A stretch of 64,000 nt of DNA, from the NCBI RefSeq assembly GCF_038051925.1, contig NZ_CP150634.1, forward strand, positions 2,373,758-2,437,757, given 5' to 3'. Below the pieces are notes generated by a model. That model did not search any database and had not been told where the DNA came from. It saw only the letters and a list, made by a program, of their open reading frames with translations. Positions within the stretch are counted from its first letter, which is position 1. Every line of letters starts with the position of its first letter. Origin of the DNA: Methylotuvimicrobium sp. KM2. GTDB taxonomy: Bacteria; Pseudomonadota; Gammaproteobacteria; Methylococcales; Methylomonadaceae. Positions 58,408 to 64,000 of the stretch are shown one piece after another. The position numbers and the translations under genes were made by a program.

Positions 58408-61400
58408 TTAACTTAATGACGACTTAACGAATTCCGGGGTTCGCTTGCGTAATGGTAATTTTTTGTTTTCGCTCAATGCAAAAATCACGATCAGAAAAAA
58501 TAATAAACTGAGTCGAGGCGCTTCGAATGGGCTACCAACCGTACCGACAATAACAAATCCCGAAATCGATGAGAGTAAAATCGCCGCATAGTAGTCACCT
58601 TTGCTGAGCGCTTTAAGCTGTCGATAACAAGCATAAATCAGCAAGATTATAAATGCAGTGGTACCAAACCAGCCTAGATCGAATAATAGATGTACCCAAA
58701 AATTGTCGATATTGAGAGCTTGGTGATTATCGATCGTAAAAAACCAATAATCGGTTCCTTCGGAAAAGTCGCCATTGCTAAGCAGATTTTTATCATTAGT
58801 ATCAGTCAGGTTGATATTATCGATGTCGATGACATTGCCTTGGCTATTATTGTAAATACCCAGTTTAACCGGACGTCTCGACAATTCTCCCGCTGTTTTA
58901 CCCAAACTGGATCCGACATATTTTGTATTTAGGGTTGCTTCCGTCCGGCTCCAGGAGCCCGGCTCGGAATCGATTCGTAGGGTAATCCAGACGCAACGAA
59001 ACGAATATAATAACGATTTTTCACAGATGGGTAAGGTAACCTCCCCTCGCCCCGACTCCGTACGTAAATCCGCAGATAAGCGATATTCGGTGTCGGGCTC
59101 TATCGCGACCTGTTGGTCTAAATAAAGCGAACCACCCGATCCTAAACGCAAATAGCGATTTTCGTCATCGCTTTGTATCGTATAAGTGGCCGGCATGCCA
59201 ATGCCTCTGTGCCACCAAAAATAGGTTCTTGGGTAACTGCCAACGCCCATTCCAAATAAAGTCGTCATGACGTCGTCATCTCTCATGTCGAGAATAGCTC
59301 GCCAATGCTGCAGGCGAACATCCAGATCTTGATCGATACGTTTGAAGCGCTCTTGTATAAAGCCGCCTTGAAAGACCGGAATGACCATGACCGGAACTAG
59401 CAATACCACGCTCAACAGCGGTATTGATTTTCGGTTAGTGCGCAAATGTTTCGCGTTAACGGCAAAAACTAGACTGATCAAAAAAACGATCAACGCTATA
59501 GCGAAAGCCAGATAAGGTCCTCGGGAAAAGGTCACCATCAGGACATAAAGGCCGGCAGCAAAAATTCCAAAACCGGTTATACCGCCCATCAATCTGCGGG
59601 GCGCGTAGAGAAACAGCATCGCAATAAAAGGTAATGCCAAGACTAAATAGGCATCGATATGCCCACCACCGGTGTGCATGGTTGAAAACATTGCGGTGAT
59701 TCTATAATCGCTTTCAAAATTAAACAACCCGGAAAACAAAAAGCGCTCCCAAATCGAAACGCCAATGACGCCGATCAAACCCAATAATACTCCGTAACCG
59801 AAATACTGTTTTGCCTTCGGATATTGCTGCAATGTTTGTTTTAACAGTGGAAACAAAAAGAAGGCCCAAATTACCCCCTTGCCCACTCGTAAGCTATTAT
59901 AGCGGCTGTAGTAATTGGAAAAGGCGTTGATATCGATGTCTTGCAGCGGAAATAAGCCTCTGTATACGCTAATTAGATAAATTAAAGCAAACAATCCTAA
60001 ACATAACTTAACCGTTCCGGAAAACTGTCGGGTTAACCGAATGCTGGATTTTTGCCAATAATAAACAGCAAGGGTTGTCATAACGACCAGATCGAACTCG
60101 TCAAAAAAGAACCGACCGGTCCAAGGGGCAAAATCCAGAACCGGTAGCATTGCCGGCAAGACGAATAGCCAGGCCTGAGGATAACGAATCAATAAAACAG
60201 CGTAAGCGATTAATAATGCCGATAGAAATGGCGCGCCAATCGGATAATTCAATAAAGCCCAACCAATAATCAGCGCAAGAATTCCCGTGAATAAGCGCCA
60301 ACGTTTATCGATTGCTTGCAGTTTAACGGTTGCCGATGACCGAATAGAATCATCCTCTGAAATAGAGTCTTCGTCATCGTGGAATGCTTCGGCAATCGAT
60401 ACCCCCCTTCCCTGCTTGATCTTACCATTTGAAAACCAGCGCATCGCATGATTAAGCAATTCATAAACCAATGCCGCCGAAGCAAATGCGATCAACACAT
60501 CGGTCGGATCGGGATGCTTAGGCGCTAAAAACAACTTGCCGGTTTCTACCAACGTGGCAAAGACAGCAGCAGTTAATCCGACTAAAACCCAATGAAAGCG
60601 CTCAGGTTTGGAGTCCGCATAGTTCCACAACCAAAAAGCCAAGCCAACCGGAAAATACATGCCGATGTTGCTAAGCAAACTCACCATGGCCAAGGACTCG
60701 GTCGTATAATAAAAATAGTAAAACGGTAAAAACTGAACCGTTTCGAGTTTTTCAAGCGCCTTTTCAAGACCGATCCAATTCCCGCCGGTCCAGCCGTTCA
60801 GCGCGGCTACCAAAAAAACATGGAGAGGTAGAAGCGTTAGGATCGTGGGCTTCAACCAAGCGGTCCAATAATCTTTGTCGTGTTTGGAAAAAAAGGCAAA
60901 CACGACCGCGCCGACCCCCAACCCGGTCATGCGGGTCAAAACCGAAATGCCTTGCGCCACGCCTGATGCCAAAAATAATTGACCGATTTCGACGAACAAT
61001 CCGATAAAAAAACCGGTTAAGATGCAAACCAGTTTGGGGTGCGAAATATAAGGCAATAAACAGAGTAAAATGCCTAACGGAATCAATACGACTATTTCGG
61101 CCCCCAGCTTGACCACACAGCGAATACCATCGGCTCGGCACGTATCGATGGACATAAACAGGCTGTGATTGCCCGAGGCCAACCGAGTGTCAAGCTCTTG
61201 ATGGGATATAACAAAATCGAACGGAAAAAAACTTAAGGCAAAATAGATGGCGATATAGAAAATAATCGCCGCTTTGATCGATAGAAAATTACCAAGCGAG
61301 AGATGACGGGATAAACGGCGGAAATAATCGCCTGAAAATACCCAAAGTCCTACGCCCATGGTCGAGCCCATTGCCTCGGCGATCAAATCGTTGATCGAAA

Positions 61401-61731
61401 CGGTACGAGGTGGGAAAAATAACTGAACAAACTCGACCGAAACAGCCAAAGCCCAACAAAACAGCAAAACCGGCACCGCAACCAGTAGCCTGGTGTATTC
61501 GCGAAATTGACCGCCAAAACCAGCCGCCCAAAAGTAAGACAGCGGTATGTAAAGCAGAATATTCGCAACCCAGTCCGCACGCGATTCTATGCCTAGATTG
61601 AGATAACGAATATTTCGGAATTTTTCCAAAGCGACGTCGAAAGGCATTGGTCGGTAATCGAGCGGAACCAAACTGCCGTAGACGACGAACAAGGTATATA
61701 GCGTTGCACCGATAAGAAGTTTTTTATTCAT
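58408..61731 (-). CDS. Large polytopic membrane protein: an N-terminal VanZ-like domain fused to an O-antigen-ligase (Wzy_C) domain and a C-terminal periplasmic domain.
   Basis: There are more than 20 predicted TM helices. TFSRGPYLAFAIALIV matches the Wzy_C SRG motif. The N-terminus resembles VanZ. Confidence 0.5.
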   Translation of the reverse strand: MNKKLLIGATLYTLFVVYGSLVPLDYRPMPFDVALEKFRNIRYLNLGIESRADWVANILLYIPLSYFWAAGFGGQFREYTRLLVAVPVLLFCWALAVSVEFVQLFFPPRTVSINDLIAEAMGSTMGVGLWVFSGDYFRRLSRHLSLGNFLSIKAAIIFYIAIYFALSFFPFDFVISHQELDTRLASGNHSLFMSIDTCRADGIRCVVKLGAEIVVLIPLGILLCLLPYISHPKLVCILTGFFIGLFVEIGQLFLASGVAQGISVLTRMTGLGVGAVVFAFFSKHDKDYWTAWLKPTILTLLPLHVFLVAALNGWTGGNWIGLEKALEKLETVQFLPFYYFYYTTESLAMVSLLSNIGMYFPVGLAFWLWNYADSKPERFHWVLVGLTAAVFATLVETGKLFLAPKHPDPTDVLIAFASAALVYELLNHAMRWFSNGKIKQGRGVSIAEAFHDDEDSISEDDSIRSSATVKLQAIDKRWRLFTGILALIIGWALLNYPIGAPFLSALLIAYAVLLIRYPQAWLFVLPAMLPVLDFAPWTGRFFFDEFDLVVMTTLAVYYWQKSSIRLTRQFSGTVKLCLGLFALIYLISVYRGLFPLQDIDINAFSNYYSRYNSLRVGKGVIWAFFLFPLLKQTLQQYPKAKQYFGYGVLLGLIGVIGVSIWERFLFSGLFNFESDYRITAMFSTMHTGGGHIDAYLVLALPFIAMLFLYAPRRLMGGITGFGIFAAGLYVLMVTFSRGPYLAFAIALIVFLISLVFAVNAKHLRTNRKSIPLLSVVLLVPVMVIPVFQGGFIQERFKRIDQDLDVRLQHWRAILDMRDDDVMTTLFGMGVGSYPRTYFWWHRGIGMPATYTIQSDDENRYLRLGSGGSLYLDQQVAIEPDTEYRLSADLRTESGRGEVTLPICEKSLLYSFRCVWITLRIDSEPGSWSRTEATLNTKYVGSSLGKTAGELSRRPVKLGIYNNSQGNVIDIDNINLTDTNDKNLLSNGDFSEGTDYWFFTIDNHQALNIDNFWVHLLFDLGWFGTTAFIILLIYACYRQLKALSKGDYYAAILLSSISGFVIVGTVGSPFEAPRLSLLFFLIVIFALSENKKLPLRKRTPEFVKSSLS

Positions 61732-61752
61732 ACGAAAGCCCGCGAGTGACCA

Positions 61753-62313
61753 TCAAGGAGCCCACAAGTCCGCCAGGGCCAGTTCAACTTCGTCAAAAGG
61801 CGGCGCCCTAACCATATCGTCATTCTGCCAGGTATGTTCAAGCAACCAATGCCCTTCCAGCAAACGATAGACTTCAAGCGTTTTTGGCCCCGGATCGACC
61901 AGCCATAACCAAGAAACTTCGCATGCCGCATAAATCGGCATCTTGACGGCGCGATCGATACGCGAAGTTCCGGGCGAAATTACTTCGCAAATCCAGTCAG
62001 GAGCAATGCTGAAATAGGCTTCTTCGGGCAGTTGCGGCATGCGTTCGCGTCGCCAACCGGCTAAATCGGGGGCCAGAATATTCCGTCCCAAGTGCAATTC
62101 GGGTTCGTCCAATATCCACCACCCACCCGGCCCTCCTCTTCCACGCTGAAATGGGCTAACCAATTCATCACCAATAACCGAAGAAGCCAAAGCATGTCTT
62201 GGTGCTGGTCGTGGTTGAGTAATTAACTGCCCGTTGATGATTTCGCCGATGATATGTTCGGGCAGATCGAACAAGTCTTCGTAAGTCGCCTCGCGTAAAG
62301 CCGGTTGATTCAT
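61753..62313 (-). CDS. Uma2-family (DUF820) PD-(D/E)xK endonuclease-like protein.
   Basis: It starts YEDLFDLPEHIIGEIINGQL and has the D...E-x-K core motif DWICEVISPG. Confidence 0.7.
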   Translation of the reverse strand: MNQPALREATYEDLFDLPEHIIGEIINGQLITQPRPAPRHALASSVIGDELVSPFQRGRGGPGGWWILDEPELHLGRNILAPDLAGWRRERMPQLPEEAYFSIAPDWICEVISPGTSRIDRAVKMPIYAACEVSWLWLVDPGPKTLEVYRLLEGHWLLEHTWQNDDMVRAPPFDEVELALADLWAP

Positions 62314-62559
62314 GATGGACTCTTCGGTTCAAGCGGTTCGTTAATTACATTTCCTTTTTACCCGATAAAATCCTTTTCAAGTCGTAATGATAAATCAAAC
62401 TCGCCAGCGCGAATACAACGAATAGCGAAAAGATCGCCGTCTAAAACTCCCAGCCTTGACGATGAACTAAGCCGGTTAGATTGTAATCGCGAAGAAACCG
62501 GTCAGGCCCTACAGAATCAGCCATTCAACCTAAATTCGGTAGTTTAACCATGAAATGCT

Positions 62560-62848
62560 TTTTCTATACCTTTCGCACTTCAAATTTCGGCAGTGCCTAA
62601 GGAGACACCGGAGTGCTTGGCCCCTCACCTAACACTAGGTGAGGGGCCAGCATGGACGTATTTACCCAGCACCTAAATTCCACAGTCCATTGGCTAGGAT
62701 TAATTGTCTTGGATAATTCATCCAGCACCTAAATAAGCCATGATTTTGAATTATTGCCAAAGACCTATAGAATTTAGGTGCTGGGTTTACGGCGTCCTTT
62801 GACGGGCACCCCGGTGCCGAATTTTGACCTACGGTAGGTATAGGTTAA
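62560..62848. repeat. MITE-like composite repeat, copy E (two hairpin modules).
   Basis: GCCCCTCACCTAACACTAGGTGAGGGGC hairpin; ACCCAGCACCTAAAT...ATTTAGGTGCTGGGT hairpin; GACGGGCACCCCGGTGCCGAATTTTGACCTACGG module. Confidence 0.55.
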
Positions 62849-64000
62849 TTCTTAGGCCGAAGATGTGGGAACAACAATACATCTCGTATCGACGGAGCAT
62901 CGGTAAACAACATCACCAAGCGATCGATGCCTATGCCCTCGCCCGCCGTCGGCGGCATGCCGTGTTCCAATGCGGTCACGTAATCGGCATCATAATGCAT
63001 CGCTTCATCGTCACCGGCTTCTTTTTCCTCGACCTGCTTACGAAAACGTTCCGCCTGGTCTTCGGCGTCGTTCAACTCGGTAAAACCGTTCGCAATTTCA
63101 CGCCCGCCGACGAAAAATTCGAAGCGGTCGGTCACATGCGGATCGTCATCGTTGCGTCTGGCCAATGGTGACACTTCGACAGGATAGGCGGTAATAAACG
63201 TCGGATTCATCAAGCGATGTTCCACGGTTTTTTCAAAGATTTCGATTTGAATTTTACCGAGACCGTAGCCGTCCTTGACCGGGATTTTCAAATTTTCGGC
63301 CACCTTCGCCGCCGCTTCGCGCGTCGCCAAATCGTCGATCGTCAAATCCGGATTGAAATGCAGAATCGATTCGACCACGGTCATGCGATCGAACGGTTTG
63401 CCGAAGTCGTATTGCTCGCCTTGATAAGTAATCAGTGTTTGACCGAGTACTTCGAGTGCGATGCCTCGCACCATTTCTTCGGTCAAATCCATCAAGTCGT
63501 GATACTCGGCATAGGCCTGATAGAATTCGAGCATCGTGAATTCCGGATTGTGCCGTGTCGACAGTCCTTCGTTGCGGAAATTGCGGTTGATTTCGAAAAC
63601 CCGCTCGAAACCGCCGACAATCAGTCGTTTCAGATACAATTCCGGCGCAATCCGTAAAAACAGCTCCATGTCCAAGGCATTGTGATGCGTCTTGAACGGG
63701 CGAGCGGTCGCACCACCGGGAATCGCCTGCATCATGGGCGTTTCGACTTCGAGAAATTGTCGCGCTACCAAGAATTCTCTTATGTATGTAACGATTTTCG
63801 AACGGATCAGGAAAGTCTTGCGCGATTGCTCGCTCATGATCAAATCCAGATAACGCTGGCGGTATTTGATTTCCTGGTCGGCGATACCGTGGAATTTTTC
63901 AGGCAACGGCCTAAGCGCCTTGGTCAATAAACGAATATCGTCGACCTTGATGCTTAATTCGCCGACATTGGTTTTGAACAATACACCCTCGGTGCCGATG
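62845..64000 (-). CDS. lysS: Lysyl-tRNA synthetase, class II. Only the C-terminal catalytic part is in the window; the gene continues beyond it.
   Basis: Class II motifs are present: [10 protein letters not shown] (motif 1), [20 protein letters not shown] (motif 2) and [14 protein letters not shown] (motif 3). The reading frame is open to position 64000. Confidence 0.85.
   Translation of the reverse strand, partial: IGTEGVLFKTNVGELSIKVDDIRLLTKALRPLPEKFHGIADQEIKYRQRYLDLIMSEQSRKTFLIRSKIVTYIREFLVARQFLEVETPMMQAIPGGATARPFKTHHNALDMELFLRIAPELYLKRLIVGGFERVFEINRNFRNEGLSTRHNPEFTMLEFYQAYAEYHDLMDLTEEMVRGIALEVLGQTLITYQGEQYDFGKPFDRMTVVESILHFNPDLTIDDLATREAAAKVAENLKIPVKDGYGLGKIQIEIFEKTVEHRLMNPTFITAYPVEVSPLARRNDDDPHVTDRFEFFVGGREIANGFTELNDAEDQAERFRKQVEEKEAGDDEAMHYDADYVTALEHGMPPTAGEGIGIDRLVMLFTDAPSIRDVLLFPHLRPKN

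Noticed and set aside
63217-63930. Plus-strand ORFs (63217-63657, 63682-63930) inside lysS.
   Set aside because: They are antisense to a gene with all three class II aaRS motifs.

Overview
This 64-kb window looks like chromosome of a gammaproteobacterial methylotroph or methanotroph. That is an inference from a formaldehyde-activating-enzyme homolog, Pseudomonas-like housekeeping synteny, moderate GC and many small dispersed hairpin repeats. It has three parts.

(1) Left backbone, 1-2289: a partial ygfZ, ychF, and a tRNA-Met(CAT) driven by a consensus sigma70 promoter.

(2) A roughly 15.4-kb integrated element, 2243-17690. It is bounded by a perfect 47-bp direct repeat of the tRNA-Met 3' end (attL 2243-2289, attR 17644-17690). 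All of its genes are on the minus strand. They encode a tyrosine integrase, an AlpA/Xis-like excisionase, a P4-alpha-like Prim-Pol/AAA_25 primase-helicase, a dense TGTCCCG iteron array, several unknown small proteins, a 617-aa protein with a lysozyme-like domain and a terminase-small-subunit-like HTH protein. The overall plan is that of a P4-like phage satellite or integrative island. Nested inside it is a 5.1-kb Tn5053/Tn552-superfamily transposon, 2679-7814. It has about 140-bp terminal inverted repeats and a 5-bp ATAGT target-site duplication. It carries merR, a canonical mer operator/promoter, merT, merP and a GDCCVxC protein, but no merA. It also carries a serine resolvase, a Mu-like DDE transposase (TniA-like) and a TniB-like ATPase, but no tniQ.

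(3) Right backbone, 17700-64000:
- CIA30-like protein, ubiD and prlC;
- a tandem array of three cNMP-like-HDOD paralogs, one of them decayed;
- a 581-aa unknown protein convergent with an ExeA/MshM-like ATPase;
- a 1.2-kb AT-rich tract full of repeats;
- an SPFH-SHOCT plus double-zinc-ribbon operon;
- gamma-CA-like protein, dusA and folE;
- a membrane MutS-domain protein;
- a lytic transglycosylase, an HDOD protein, and maf on the minus strand;
- the conserved yceD-rpmF-plsX-fabH-fabD-fabG-acpP-fabF-pabC-mltG-tmk-holB-pilZ-tatD block;
- a methyltransferase and a GNAT-like acyltransferase;
- a 950-aa PAS-GGDEF-EAL sensor with an outer-membrane barrel and a PBP-like small protein;
- an Fae homolog and a glycine-zipper protein;
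- a 1107-aa VanZ/O-antigen-ligase fusion and a Uma2 endonuclease;
- partial lysS.

A family of MITE-like hairpin repeats (core ACCCAGCACCTAAAT...ATTTAGGTGCTGGGT plus a GACGGGCACCCCGGTGCCGAATTTTGA module) occurs at least six times.

The most novelty-prone content is the satellite-like island and its unknown cargo, the merA-less and tniQ-less transposon, and several uncharacterised operons (SPFH/Zn-ribbon, MutS-domain, HDOD array).
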